In this document: positions 1 to 9,374 of the stretch, in pieces
How the letters are laid out: each line of letters begins with the position of its first letter
Position numbering within the stretch: position 1 is the stretch's first letter
DNA from: a virus
Lineage: Duplodnaviria; Heunggongvirae; Uroviricota; Caudoviricetes
Reading direction: 5' to 3' (one strand)
IMG/VR virus record: IMGVR_UViG_2778261122_000001
Coordinates: 1 to 61,573 of that record
DNA: 61,573 nt
Position numbers and translations under genes: made by a program
Notes under the pieces: model-generated
Told to the model about the DNA's origin: nothing
Seen by the model: only the letters and a program-made list of their open reading frames with translations
Database searches by the model: none

Positions 1-1028
1 CAGAAATCACTGAGAACATCCCACGCCTTACGCTGTGTGGTCAGCCAGGCATTACAGGTGATGCGCGGCTCCGTGCCGCCAAAACCATTCGGTACCAACT
101 GGTCGCAGTACTGGCCGATAACGTACAGCGCCCATTTGTCCACATCTGCCGCACCAAGACGTTTCCCCATGCCGTAGCGCGGGTGGGTCAGCATATCCCA
201 CAGACACCAGGCCATGTTGTTGCTGTATGCTGGCTTTAACGTTCCGTCCCAGATACCGCTGTATTGCCGCGTCTGCGGGTTATAGTTCGACGGCACCTGC
301 AGAATACGCCCGCGAAGATGATAATTACGGCTCACCTGCTGGCTGCCGAACTGCTCCGAATCCACCTGTACGCCGACCAGTGCCGTGTTCGGGTAGCACT
401 GTTTCACATCGATGATTTCGGTGTATGACGACCAGAGCGTTTTGTTCTGCAGCTGGTCTGTGGTGCTGTCCGGCGTCATCCTGCGCATCCGGATGTTGAA
501 CGGGCGCGGCGGCAGATTATCCACCACTACCGAGGCCAGATACTGCGAGGTGGTTTTGCCCTTAATGGTGATGTCTTTTTCCGTCACCCAGCCACCGTTA
601 CGCTGTATCTGAACCAGCAGGCGAACTTCCGACGGATTCCTGTCACCCTTTGAGGTGGTTTCCACCAGTGCCTGTACACCGAAGGTAAAGCGCAGACGGT
701 CGATGTTTGCAGACGTAATGGTGCGGGTGATCGGCGTGTCATATTTCACTTCCGTACCCAGCACCGTCTCGGAGCCGGAGGATTCAAACCCCTCCGGCGG
801 TGTCTGCTCCTGCTCACCGGCACGGAACACCACCGTGACACCGGAGATGTTGGTATTCCCCTCAGTGTCCAGCACCGGCGTACTGTTCAGCAGCACGCTT
901 TTTAATCCATCCACCGGACCTTCAATCGGCCCTTCGCTGATGGCATCGATCACACTCAGCAGCTGCGTGGATTTCAGGTTATCCTTCGCTTCGCGCGGGG
1001 TATGCCCCTTACTGCTGCCTTTACCCAT
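1..1028 (-). CDS. J: Tail tip host-specificity protein J, N-terminal part (3' end lies beyond window edge)
   Basis: Minus-strand ATG at 1026..1028 preceded by GGAG; translation MGKGSSKGHTPREAKDNLKS matches remembered lambda J N-terminus; not in ORF track because it runs off the edge. Confidence 0.85.
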   Translation of the reverse strand, partial: MGKGSSKGHTPREAKDNLKSTQLLSVIDAISEGPIEGPVDGLKSVLLNSTPVLDTEGNTNISGVTVVFRAGEQEQTPPEGFESSGSETVLGTEVKYDTPITRTITSANIDRLRFTFGVQALVETTSKGDRNPSEVRLLVQIQRNGGWVTEKDITIKGKTTSQYLASVVVDNLPPRPFNIRMRRMTPDSTTDQLQNKTLWSSYTEIIDVKQCYPNTALVGVQVDSEQFGSQQVSRNYHLRGRILQVPSNYNPQTRQYSGIWDGTLKPAYSNNMAWCLWDMLTHPRYGMGKRLGAADVDKWALYVIGQYCDQLVPNGFGGTEPRITCNAWLTTQRKAWDVLSDF

Positions 1029-1088
1029 TCGTCATGCTCCATAAACGACAAAACCGCCCGGAGGCGGTTTCACATAAAACATTTTGCA

Positions 1089-1760
1089 TCAGCGACCAAT
1101 CACCACAACCTGACCACCGTCCCCTTCGTCTGCCGTGCTGATCTCCTGAAAAACCACCCGCGACCCCACACGCATTTCACCGTACAGAACAGGCAAAACA
1201 TTGCCCTGAGCAACCATGTTATCCAGTGAGGAAAAATAGGTGTTCTGTTTGCCGTTATCCGTTGTCTGTGTACGGGGAGTTCTGGCTTTCGGTGCCAGCA
1301 TCTGCGCCACACCACCGAGCACCATACTGGCACCAAGAGAAAACAGGATGCCGGTCATACCACCGGCCCCAATGGCTGCCCCCCATGCTGCAAGGGTGGC
1401 TCCGGCAGTAAAGAATGATCCGGCAATGGCGGCAGCTCCCAGGACAATCTGGAATACGCCACCTGACTTGGCCCCGGCGACTCTGGGAACAATATGAATC
1501 ACAGCGCCATCAGGCAGAGTCTCATGTAACTGCGCCGTTAATCCGGACGTGCTGACATCCCGTCCGGCAATCCGTACCTGATACCAGCCGTCGCTCAGTT
1601 TCTGACGAAACGCCGGGAGCTGTGTGGCCAGCGCCCGGATAGCTTCAGCCCCCGTTTTCACACGAAGATCGATGCGGCGGCCAAATCGTTGCAAATCCCC
1701 GTAAAGGCAGATGCGTGCCATGCCCGGTGACGCCAGAGGGAGTGTGTGCGTCGCTGCCAT
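1089..1760 (-). CDS. I: Tail assembly protein I
   Basis: 223 aa, same length and near-identical to remembered lambda gpI; position between K and J. Confidence 0.9.
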   Translation of the reverse strand: MAATHTLPLASPGMARICLYGDLQRFGRRIDLRVKTGAEAIRALATQLPAFRQKLSDGWYQVRIAGRDVSTSGLTAQLHETLPDGAVIHIVPRVAGAKSGGVFQIVLGAAAIAGSFFTAGATLAAWGAAIGAGGMTGILFSLGASMVLGGVAQMLAPKARTPRTQTTDNGKQNTYFSSLDNMVAQGNVLPVLYGEMRVGSRVVFQEISTADEGDGGQVVVIGR

Positions 1761-2401
1761 TTGTCGGTATACCTCTCTCGTTTGCTCAGTTGTTCAGGAA
1801 TATGGTGCAGCAGCTCGCCATCACCACAGTAAATGGCGGCATGATTCGGCACCGATGAACCAAAACAGCACAGCAGCACATCGCCCGGTTGTGCTGATGA
1901 CAACGCCACCTGATACAGCCCTGTGGCCTCCAGATTATCCAGATAGAGATTCTGACCTGATTTCCACCAGTCATCATGTCGGTAAAAATCCGGCAAATCG
2001 ATACCTGCAAGATGATAGGCATCGCGGAACAGCGTATAACAGTCTGTCACCCCGTGCTCAAAACGCCGCCCGGTGAGATGCGGCACACAGCGGAACTTAT
2101 GAATCACTCCCCGGCAGACCAGCCACCACGGCAAATCACTCTGCACCTGCAGCCGCCTGTCGGCCTCACTCAGCCAGGGCAGACCACCGGGGTGGCTGTG
2201 GACCAGCGCCACAATCTCACCCTGCATTTCTGCCTGCAGCCAGTCTTCCGGCGACATACGGAAATACGCCTCCGGCTCACCGGAGATATTCACGCAGGGA
2301 AAATATCTTTCCCCCTCCGGCGTTCTCGCCACGAAGCCGCACGACTCCGCTGGCGCGCATCGCCGGGCGTGCGCCAGAATCGCTGATTCTGTCTCTGTCA
2401 T
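1658..2401 (-). CDS. K: Tail assembly protein K (peptidase-like)
   Basis: 247-aa ORF overlapping I as in lambda; HSHP and Cys/His motifs of lambda gpK. Confidence 0.85.
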   Translation of the reverse strand: MTETESAILAHARRCAPAESCGFVARTPEGERYFPCVNISGEPEAYFRMSPEDWLQAEMQGEIVALVHSHPGGLPWLSEADRRLQVQSDLPWWLVCRGVIHKFRCVPHLTGRRFEHGVTDCYTLFRDAYHLAGIDLPDFYRHDDWWKSGQNLYLDNLEATGLYQVALSSAQPGDVLLCCFGSSVPNHAAIYCGDGELLHHIPEQLSKRERYTDKWQRRTHSLWRHRAWHASAFTGICNDLAAASIFV

Positions 2402-2406
2402 GGGAT

Positions 2407-3105
2407 TTACTGCGAAAGTTTGTTAATGGAAAGGAAGCCGCCAAAGTTGCCGACGTTATTGCGGAACTTACAGCCACTCAGGCATTTGCTGCATTTATCC
2501 TTCGTGATATCGGACGTCGGCTGATCATATTCATCCGCGACCGCCGGACCGCTATAACCGCACTCATCGCCGCGATAGGTCCAGGTGCAGGTGTTGGCCA
2601 GCATGATACGTCCCGGAAAAACAGCGCCGTCCGTTTCCGTCGGCGTGGACAGTACAAAAGAGGCACTCACCGCGCTCAGTTCGCTGCACTGCTCAATGCG
2701 CCAACGGCTGATCACCTCCTGCTCCGGATCGGCGTCACTGTTTCCGTTGACGAAGTTCACCGCATCCAGAAAACGGGCGTAAACCTTACGCCGGACCACC
2801 GTTCCGCCGACCAGACTCTGCAGATCTTCCGCCATCCCGGTGACCATACCGTACAGGTTAGAAACCGTCAGCGTGGGGCGCGTACTGGTGCCTTTGCCAT
2901 TCAGTTCAAAACCACTCCCCTGAATGGGATACGGCTGATACTGTCGCCCCTGCCAGGTGACCGGCTCACCTTTTTCGTTCTGCTCATTACAGAAAAAATA
3001 ATGTTCTCCACCGACCTCTGTCAGGTCGATTTCCCAGAGCACCACGCTGGCCGACTGCTCCGCACGGGTGCATTCATTCAGTGTTTCCTGCCGGATATCC
3101 TGCAT
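2407..3105 (-). CDS. L: Minor tail protein L
   Basis: 232 aa, lambda gpL length and sequence; C-terminal Cys cluster. Confidence 0.9.
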   Translation of the reverse strand: MQDIRQETLNECTRAEQSASVVLWEIDLTEVGGEHYFFCNEQNEKGEPVTWQGRQYQPYPIQGSGFELNGKGTSTRPTLTVSNLYGMVTGMAEDLQSLVGGTVVRRKVYARFLDAVNFVNGNSDADPEQEVISRWRIEQCSELSAVSASFVLSTPTETDGAVFPGRIMLANTCTWTYRGDECGYSGPAVADEYDQPTSDITKDKCSKCLSGCKFRNNVGNFGGFLSINKLSQ

Positions 3106-3434
3106 CAGTTCACCACCTGTTCAAACTCTGCGCTGAACTCAACACGCAGCATACTGACCCGCGACGACCATTTTGCGCAGGTCACCTTTATCTGCCGCCA
3201 CTCATAAGGCGGCGTCCACAGGAAGGCTTTCCAGCCCCCGTGCTCAGCCAGAAACGACTCCAGCGCCGTGGCCTCCCAACGGGGAACAGAAAGCGTCACG
3301 CTGTACGTTTTCAGGTCGGCATTCAGCCCGGCAGGCGCTCGCTGGGAATAGCCATCACCAAAGCGCACTTTCCTGACGGAAGGGGCCGAAGCCACATCCA
3401 TACCGGGTTTCACTTTCCAGCGGAAGGTCTTCAT
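3105..3434 (-). CDS. M: Minor tail protein M
   Basis: 109 aa, lambda gpM size and position. Confidence 0.9.
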   Translation of the reverse strand: MKTFRWKVKPGMDVASAPSVRKVRFGDGYSQRAPAGLNADLKTYSVTLSVPRWEATALESFLAEHGGWKAFLWTPPYEWRQIKVTCAKWSSRVSMLRVEFSAEFEQVVN

Positions 3435-5992
3435 CGCCCACCTCCGGAGAACAGACCACCATCACGCATCTGCCCGGTCACAACATCCATTGCCGCCTTA
3501 CGGGCTACGTCATAAACAGCCTTCAGCGCCTGTGGCCCTATCTGACCGTTCGTGCCGTCGTTGTTAATCACCACATGGTTATTCTGCTCAAACGTCCCGG
3601 ACGCCTGCGACCGACTGTCCGCCATGCTGCCCGGTGTACCGACATAACCGCCGGTGGCATAGCCGCGCATCAGCCGGTAAAGATTCCCCACGCCAATCCG
3701 GCTGGTTGCCTCCTTCGTGAAGACAAATTCACCACGGTGAACAATCCCCGCTGGCTCATATTTGCCGCCGGTTCCCGTAAATCCTCCGGTCGCAAAATGG
3801 AGTTTCGCCGCAGCTGCCTGAATGGCTGTACCGCCTGACGCTGATGCGCCACCACTGGCAGCACCGCCAATGGCGCTGCCGATACTCCCGACAATCCCCA
3901 CCATTGCCTGCTTAAGCAGAATTTCTGTCATCATGGACAGCACGGAACGGGTGAAGCTGCGCCAGTTCTGTTCACTGCCGGTCAGCATCGCCGCCATATT
4001 CTGTGCAATACCATCAAAGGTCTGCGTGGCTGCACTTTTAACCTGCGACATACTGTCCGTGGCGCTCTCTTCCCACTCACTCCAGCCTGACCTGAGGCCT
4101 GCCATCCAGCTCCCGCGAAGCAGGTCTTCAGCCGCCCAGGTCTTTTTCTGCTCTGACATGACGTTATTCAGCGCCAGAGGATTATCGCCATACTGTTCCT
4201 TCAGGCGCTGTTCTGTGGCTTCCCGCGCTGCCTGCCGGTCAGTCAGCCCCCGGCTTTTCGCATCAATGGCGGCCCGTTTTGCCCGTTGCTGCTGTGCGAA
4301 TTTATCCGCCTGCTGCGCCAGCGCATTCAGGCGCTCCTGATACGTGACCTTATCGCCAAGTGCAGCCAGCTGGCGTTTGTACTCCAGCGTCTCATCTTTA
4401 TGCGCCAGCAGGGATTTCTCCTGTGCGGACAGCTGGCGACGTTGTGCCGCCTCCTCCAGTACCGCGAACTGACTCTCCGCCTTCCACAAATCCCGGCGCT
4501 GCTGGCTGATTTTCTCATTCGCTCCGGCATGCTTCTCCAGCGTCCGGAGTTCTGCCTGAAGCGTCAGCAGGGCAGCATGAGCACTGTCTTCCTGACGATC
4601 GCCCGCAGACACCTTCACGCCGGACTGTTTCGGCTTTTTCAGCGTCGCTTCATAGTCCTTTTTCGCCGCCGCCATCAGCGTGTTGTAATCTGCCTGCAGG
4701 ATTTTCCCGTCTTTCAGTGCCTTATTCAGTTCTTCCTGACGGGCGGTATATTTCTCCAGCGGCGTCTGCAGGCGTTCGTAAGCCTTCTGCGCCTCTTCGG
4801 TATATTTCAGCCGTGACGCTTCGGTATCGCTCTGCTGCTGCGCATTTTTGTCCTGTTGAGTCTGCTGCTCAGCCTTCTTTCTCGCGGCTTCAAGCGCAAG
4901 ACGGGCCTTTTCACGATCATCCCAGTAACGCGCCCGCGCTTCATCGTTAACAAAATAATCATCCTTGCGCAGACTCCAGATGTCGTCCGCTTTCTTAAAC
5001 GCAGCCTCTGCCTTAATCAGCATCTCCTGCGTGGTATCAGGACGACCAATATCCAGCACCGCATCCCACATGGATTTGAATGCCCGCGCTGTCCTGTCTG
5101 CCCAGGTCTCCAGCGTACCCATGTTCTCTTTCAGGCGGCGGGTCTGGTCATCAAACCCTTTCGTCGCGGCCTCGTTCGCCGCCTGCAATGCCCCGGCTTC
5201 ATCGCCGGAACGCTGCAACTGAGCAACATACGCAATCTGCTCCGCCGTCACGTTATGGAACTGACGTGCCATCGCTGTCAGTCCCGACGTCGGGTCTGTG
5301 GTCAGCTTCCCGAAGGCTTCAGCGACCTTGTCCACCTCCACGCCGGATGCAGAGGAGAAACGCGCCACACTCTGGCTGATCGCCTCAAACTGCTCACCAC
5401 CACGCACACCTGCATTCACCAGCGCCGTCAGTGACTCGCTGGTCTGGTTAAACGTCAGCCCTGCCGCCTGCCCGGCTCTGGACAGGACCAGCATACGATC
5501 TGCCGTCAGACCCGACTGATTGCCGGAAAGGACCAGCGTTTTGTTGAAATCGGACAGGGTTGAGTTGCCCTGATACCAGGCATACGCCAGCGCACCGGTC
5601 GCCACCGCCAGCGAGGTGGCCCCGACCATCGGCAGGGTGATCGCACCGGCAAGCCCTCTGAACATGGGGATCATCCCGCCGAAGGAGTCCTTCACCTGAC
5701 CACCCTGTTGCAGCAGGATCAGCCACGGACTTTGCCCGCCTGCAAGCTGCGTGGCCACGTCGGTGAACTGCGCAGGCAGCATACGCATGGCGGCTTTATA
5801 CTGCCCGACGGAAATCCCCGCTTTCTGTGCAGCCAGTGCCTGTCGGCTCAGCGACTGTTCAACGACTGCCGCTGTTTTTTTCGCATCACTTTCCGTACCG
5901 GAAAAATGACGCCTGACTCTGGCCATCTGCTCGTCAAATCTGGCCGCATCCAGACTTAAATCAACGACCAGATCGCCTACCGGTTCAGCCAT
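3431..5992 (-). CDS. H: Tail tape measure protein H
   Basis: 853 aa, same length as lambda gpH; long coiled-coil middle, Gly-rich C-terminus. Confidence 0.9.
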   Translation of the reverse strand: MAEPVGDLVVDLSLDAARFDEQMARVRRHFSGTESDAKKTAAVVEQSLSRQALAAQKAGISVGQYKAAMRMLPAQFTDVATQLAGGQSPWLILLQQGGQVKDSFGGMIPMFRGLAGAITLPMVGATSLAVATGALAYAWYQGNSTLSDFNKTLVLSGNQSGLTADRMLVLSRAGQAAGLTFNQTSESLTALVNAGVRGGEQFEAISQSVARFSSASGVEVDKVAEAFGKLTTDPTSGLTAMARQFHNVTAEQIAYVAQLQRSGDEAGALQAANEAATKGFDDQTRRLKENMGTLETWADRTARAFKSMWDAVLDIGRPDTTQEMLIKAEAAFKKADDIWSLRKDDYFVNDEARARYWDDREKARLALEAARKKAEQQTQQDKNAQQQSDTEASRLKYTEEAQKAYERLQTPLEKYTARQEELNKALKDGKILQADYNTLMAAAKKDYEATLKKPKQSGVKVSAGDRQEDSAHAALLTLQAELRTLEKHAGANEKISQQRRDLWKAESQFAVLEEAAQRRQLSAQEKSLLAHKDETLEYKRQLAALGDKVTYQERLNALAQQADKFAQQQRAKRAAIDAKSRGLTDRQAAREATEQRLKEQYGDNPLALNNVMSEQKKTWAAEDLLRGSWMAGLRSGWSEWEESATDSMSQVKSAATQTFDGIAQNMAAMLTGSEQNWRSFTRSVLSMMTEILLKQAMVGIVGSIGSAIGGAASGGASASGGTAIQAAAAKLHFATGGFTGTGGKYEPAGIVHRGEFVFTKEATSRIGVGNLYRLMRGYATGGYVGTPGSMADSRSQASGTFEQNNHVVINNDGTNGQIGPQALKAVYDVARKAAMDVVTGQMRDGGLFSGGGR

Positions 5993-6419
5993 ACCGGACT
6001 CCTCCTGCGATCCCTTCTGATACTGTCATCAGCATTACGTCATCCTCCGTCATGTCCGCCACATCCGGGGAAGCGGGGATAACTTCATTCCCGTCCGGGC
6101 CAAAACGAACGCCTCCGGCAAGCCCTGCCGCTTTCTGCATCAGCACATCATCTTCAGGCTCTTCGTCAGCCTCGCGCCGGTTCAGCAGACTGAAATCCAG
6201 CGGATGCATATCCGGATCGCTGAAAAACAGGCTGAGCACGGTGTACGTCAGCCCGGAAAAGTGCATATCCAGCAGAACATCATGAAAATAATGGGTACTG
6301 TAAAAGCGGTGCCAGTCGGCATACTCCGTGGATGACATCCCGGCAAGCATGGCGCGCCAGTCGGGTCGCCCCATCTCACGCGCCAGTTTCAGGGCAAAAC
6401 TCAGCTCACCGTCGAACAC
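5985..6419 (-). CDS. T: Tail assembly chaperone T segment, expressed as G-T fusion by -1 frameshift
   Basis: ORF opens at the slippery site in the -1 frame relative to G; overlaps H start. Confidence 0.8.
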   Translation of the reverse strand: MFDGELSFALKLAREMGRPDWRAMLAGMSSTEYADWHRFYSTHYFHDVLLDMHFSGLTYTVLSLFFSDPDMHPLDFSLLNRREADEEPEDDVLMQKAAGLAGGVRFGPDGNEVIPASPDVADMTEDDVMLMTVSEGIAGGVRYG

Positions 6420-6823
6420 TTTCCCGCAGAAACAGGCTCTGCGGGCCCGGCGTCCTCTGCCTGTTCAGGTGCATCATTCACAACAAACTCAGACATACCG
6501 GACAGACGCATTACCACATTTTCAGCCTGAGCAATTGCCTCTGTGGGCCAGGTGGTAAGCACTTCCTGCTCAATCTGTTTAACGGCTTCATTCATGGACG
6601 GCATCTTTGTCTTCTGCGGATGGCTATGCCACAGGGACATCGCCACCAGAAAAGCACCGGTTCTGACGAGATCTTCCACGCTCACCTGTCGATTGAGACT
6701 GGATCCCGCCTGTTCTGCCTGTCGTTTCAGCAGGGCGAGATGCTCAATACGCTGCAGGGCTGACAGTTCAGAAAGCGTGACGCTCACACCGTTATATTCA
6801 AATGATTCGGTTTTCAGGAACAT
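6401..6823 (-). CDS. G: Tail assembly chaperone G
   Basis: 140 aa, lambda gpG length; slippery site near 3' end. Confidence 0.9.
   Translation of the reverse strand: MFLKTESFEYNGVSVTLSELSALQRIEHLALLKRQAEQAGSSLNRQVSVEDLVRTGAFLVAMSLWHSHPQKTKMPSMNEAVKQIEQEVLTTWPTEAIAQAENVVMRLSGMSEFVVNDAPEQAEDAGPAEPVSAGKCSTVS
6419..6425 (-). other. Programmed -1 ribosomal frameshift slippery heptamer GGGAAAG (G to G-T)
   Basis: Plus strand reads ctttccc, i.e. G_GGA_AAG on the coding strand six codons before the G stop; T frame begins exactly here. Confidence 0.75.
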
Positions 6824-6838
6824 CGCTGACTCTCCGGA

Positions 6839-7579
6839 TTAACTGTCGGTGACGGTGATTTCTGCAACCGCAGCAAGTTCACCATTACCGGATACGACCG
6901 GAATGTTGACCTTGCCTGCAGCAACACCTTTCACGGTGATGGTCATACCACTGACCGACACGGTGGCTTTTGTTTTATCCGCAGACACCGCACGGAAGCT
7001 CTTGTCGGTTGCGCCTTCCGGCTGGAATGCCACGGTCAGCGTGGTGCTCTGCCCTTTCACCACCGAGGTGCTGGCAGGCGTCACGGTCATGCCGGTTGCC
7101 GCTGTTACCGTGCTGCGATCTTCTGCCATCGACGGACGTCCCACGTTGGTGACTTTCACCGTGCGGGTGATCACTTCCTTCGCCGTCACCGCCTTACCGA
7201 TACTGCTGACCCAGCCGCGGAACACATCGACCGTGCCGTTCGGGAAGCGGATTTTATAGGCACGGGTATCACCTTCATTAAACCACGCCAGCAGCGCCTG
7301 CTGCCCCTGCTCTCCGGGCATCCACGCCAGCGTGAAGCTGGTATCTCCGGCGGATTTCTGCCCCTGTCCGGTCGAGGTCCAGTCCGCATCTTCATCATCG
7401 AGATAACTGTCGTCATAGGACTCAGCGGTCAGTTCGCCGGGCGTCAGGTCTTTAACTTTTGCCAGACGCGACCAGTCATTGTCTGAAAGCGGGTTTGCAT
7501 AAGGGTCGCCGCTCCCGTTATAAACCCACAGGGTGGTCCCGGCCCCTTTCACCGGTGCCAGAGGATTTGGTGTTGGCAT
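6839..7579 (-). CDS. V: Major tail tube protein V
   Basis: Start trimmed to MPTPNP; matches remembered lambda gpV including C-terminal Ig-like domain. Confidence 0.9.
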   Translation of the reverse strand: MPTPNPLAPVKGAGTTLWVYNGSGDPYANPLSDNDWSRLAKVKDLTPGELTAESYDDSYLDDEDADWTSTGQGQKSAGDTSFTLAWMPGEQGQQALLAWFNEGDTRAYKIRFPNGTVDVFRGWVSSIGKAVTAKEVITRTVKVTNVGRPSMAEDRSTVTAATGMTVTPASTSVVKGQSTTLTVAFQPEGATDKSFRAVSADKTKATVSVSGMTITVKGVAAGKVNIPVVSGNGELAAVAEITVTDS

Positions 7580-7586
7580 ATCGTCC

Positions 7587-7982
7587 TCACATTTCATAGG
7601 TAATGACATAAGTCAGATCGGCTGAACTCCACAGGCCCGCATCATCGTCGCGCCGGTAGTCATAGCCACTGGCCACCATACTGGTGATCAAATCTGACAG
7701 TGCCGGGATATCGCTCATTACCGGATAAATCCGGGACTCCATCCACGAATCCAGCTCTGAATCCGGCACCTGAGCAGGCAGGAAAACTTCAATATGCAGC
7801 TCCGCCTGCCAGGTATCGCTGTCCAGCTCTTCGCCCGTGTATTCAGCGCCGGTGAGATAAACGGCAATTGCCGGAAAATCCGCCTCATCAAAAACAGCGG
7901 GGCGACCATCAAAAAGCGTCGCCCCGGTGTCATGCTTCTCCAGTGCATCCAGTACGGCTGCTCGGAGTTCAGTATGTTTCAT
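7587..7982 (-). CDS. U: Tail terminator protein U
   Basis: 131 aa, lambda gpU size and position. Confidence 0.9.
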   Translation of the reverse strand: MKHTELRAAVLDALEKHDTGATLFDGRPAVFDEADFPAIAVYLTGAEYTGEELDSDTWQAELHIEVFLPAQVPDSELDSWMESRIYPVMSDIPALSDLITSMVASGYDYRRDDDAGLWSSADLTYVITYEM

Positions 7983-8557
7983 CGCTTTATTACCATCCTC
8001 AGTTGATGCTGCAGCGCATAGCCCAGCTCTTTCGGAAGACGCTCACGCCGTATCCGCTCAATATTCTGTTTAAACGCCGTGGTCAGCGGCACCGCCATCG
8101 GAATTTTCACCACATCAATGGGGTAACGGTTTTTCCCGGCCACACGCTGCATGACATGCCAGCGGCCATTTTTCAGTTGCTGAATAAACGCGCCGGGAAT
8201 ACGACGGTTTCCCACCACAAGCACACTGCCGCCACCTTTCAGGGCTGAACGCTGCCCCTTTTTACGACGCCTGCGTCGGGACAGGACAACCCGCGCGTTA
8301 CCCAGCCTGATTACGGGCAAATCCCCCCGGTTAACCTTGATTCTGGCCTGCGGATTTTTGACCGTGGCCCTTTTCAGCCTGGCCCTTTCCTTTACCAGTT
8401 TCCGGCGTACCTTTGTCTCACGGGCAACCTGTGACGCCGACTGCGATATCGCGGATGAAGCAACGCGGTTAATGGCCATTGCTGCGGCACCAGGCACCGC
8501 CGTTTTGCTGATACGGCTGAGGTTTTCAACGGCCTGCTCAAGACCTTTTATGGCCAT
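7979..8557 (-). CDS. Z: Tail completion protein Z
   Basis: 192 aa, lambda gpZ size and position. Confidence 0.9.
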   Translation of the reverse strand: MAIKGLEQAVENLSRISKTAVPGAAAMAINRVASSAISQSASQVARETKVRRKLVKERARLKRATVKNPQARIKVNRGDLPVIRLGNARVVLSRRRRRKKGQRSALKGGGSVLVVGNRRIPGAFIQQLKNGRWHVMQRVAGKNRYPIDVVKIPMAVPLTTAFKQNIERIRRERLPKELGYALQHQLRMVIKR

Positions 8558-8632
8558 ACCTCCTCCTTTCAGCGACGACGGTTAACGGCAGGCGGTACGC
8601 CCCGTCCAAGCCAGAGATGACAGCTTCCGCCA

Positions 8633-8923
8633 TCATCCGGCGAAACCCGGTCTATCCAGATAGTTTTCCTCACCGATGGTCAGCGTGTCTCCACGCCGCA
8701 GCTGCCGCACATCATCAGTCCGGACAAACAGGGACGGGCTGGAGCCTTCAACGCGCACACCCTGTCCGGCATAGCTGATATTTTCAGGGTCATCAAAAAC
8801 ACCACGTATCACAGCACCGGACTGCTCACCGGATGTCATGGTGGCTGACGTTCCCATATACCCGCGTATCGTTTCATCAGCGCGGGCAATGGCAGCATCG
8901 AACAGGTTATCGAAATCAGCCAC
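8633..8923 (-). CDS. FII: Head-tail joining protein FII, apparently truncated by a frameshift (possible pseudogene)
   Basis: N-terminal 90 aa match lambda FII; ORF stops at 96 aa while another frame continues with WIDRVSPDDGGSCHLWLGRGVPPAVNRRR to a stop at 8569..8571 next to the Z start. Confidence 0.7.
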   Translation of the reverse strand: MADFDNLFDAAIARADETIRGYMGTSATMTSGEQSGAVIRGVFDDPENISYAGQGVRVEGSSPSLFVRTDDVRQLRRGDTLTIGEENYLDRPGFAG

Positions 8924-8934
8924 AGCGCCTCCCG

Positions 8935-9333
8935 TTATTGCATTCTGGCCAGGCCACGCTCTGTCATTTCGGCTGCCACACCGGCAGAGACACGAAACGC
9001 CGTTCCCGGCAGCACAAATGCCACAGGTTTATCCCTCGTGGCGTGAAGTGCATCAGTATGCAGCGTCACCAGTGCCACGACCGTGACCAGTTCAGCCGTA
9101 TCCTGAATCACGGTATCCGGCTGCGCTGATACCACCTCATTTTCATGCCCGGTCAGCACATTTTCCGGGCTGAGAGGGGTGTCCTGACCGGCAGTGTCAT
9201 CCGTGTCATCAAGCTCCTCTTCCAGCTCTGCCACACGGAGCGCCAGTTCTTCTTTCGTCCCCGTCAGGCTGACATCACGGTTCAGTTGCTCACCCAGCGA
9301 GCGGAGACGGGCAATCAGTTCATCTTTCGTCAT
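8935..9333 (-). CDS. FI: DNA packaging/head assembly protein FI
   Basis: Start trimmed to MTKDELIARLRSLGEQ, matching remembered lambda FI. Confidence 0.85.
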   Translation of the reverse strand: MTKDELIARLRSLGEQLNRDVSLTGTKEELALRVAELEEELDDTDDTAGQDTPLSPENVLTGHENEVVSAQPDTVIQDTAELVTVVALVTLHTDALHATRDKPVAFVLPGTAFRVSAGVAAEMTERGLARMQ

Positions 9334-9374
9334 GGACTCCTCCACAGAGAGAAAATGGCCCCGAAGGGCCATGA

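Noticed and set aside
3822-5434. Long plus-strand ORFs (3822..4340, 4286..4816, 4856..5434, 4965..5222) antisense to tape measure gene H
   Set aside because: Fully contained within the well-supported 853-aa H gene on the opposite strand, with low-complexity translations; antisense shadow ORFs.
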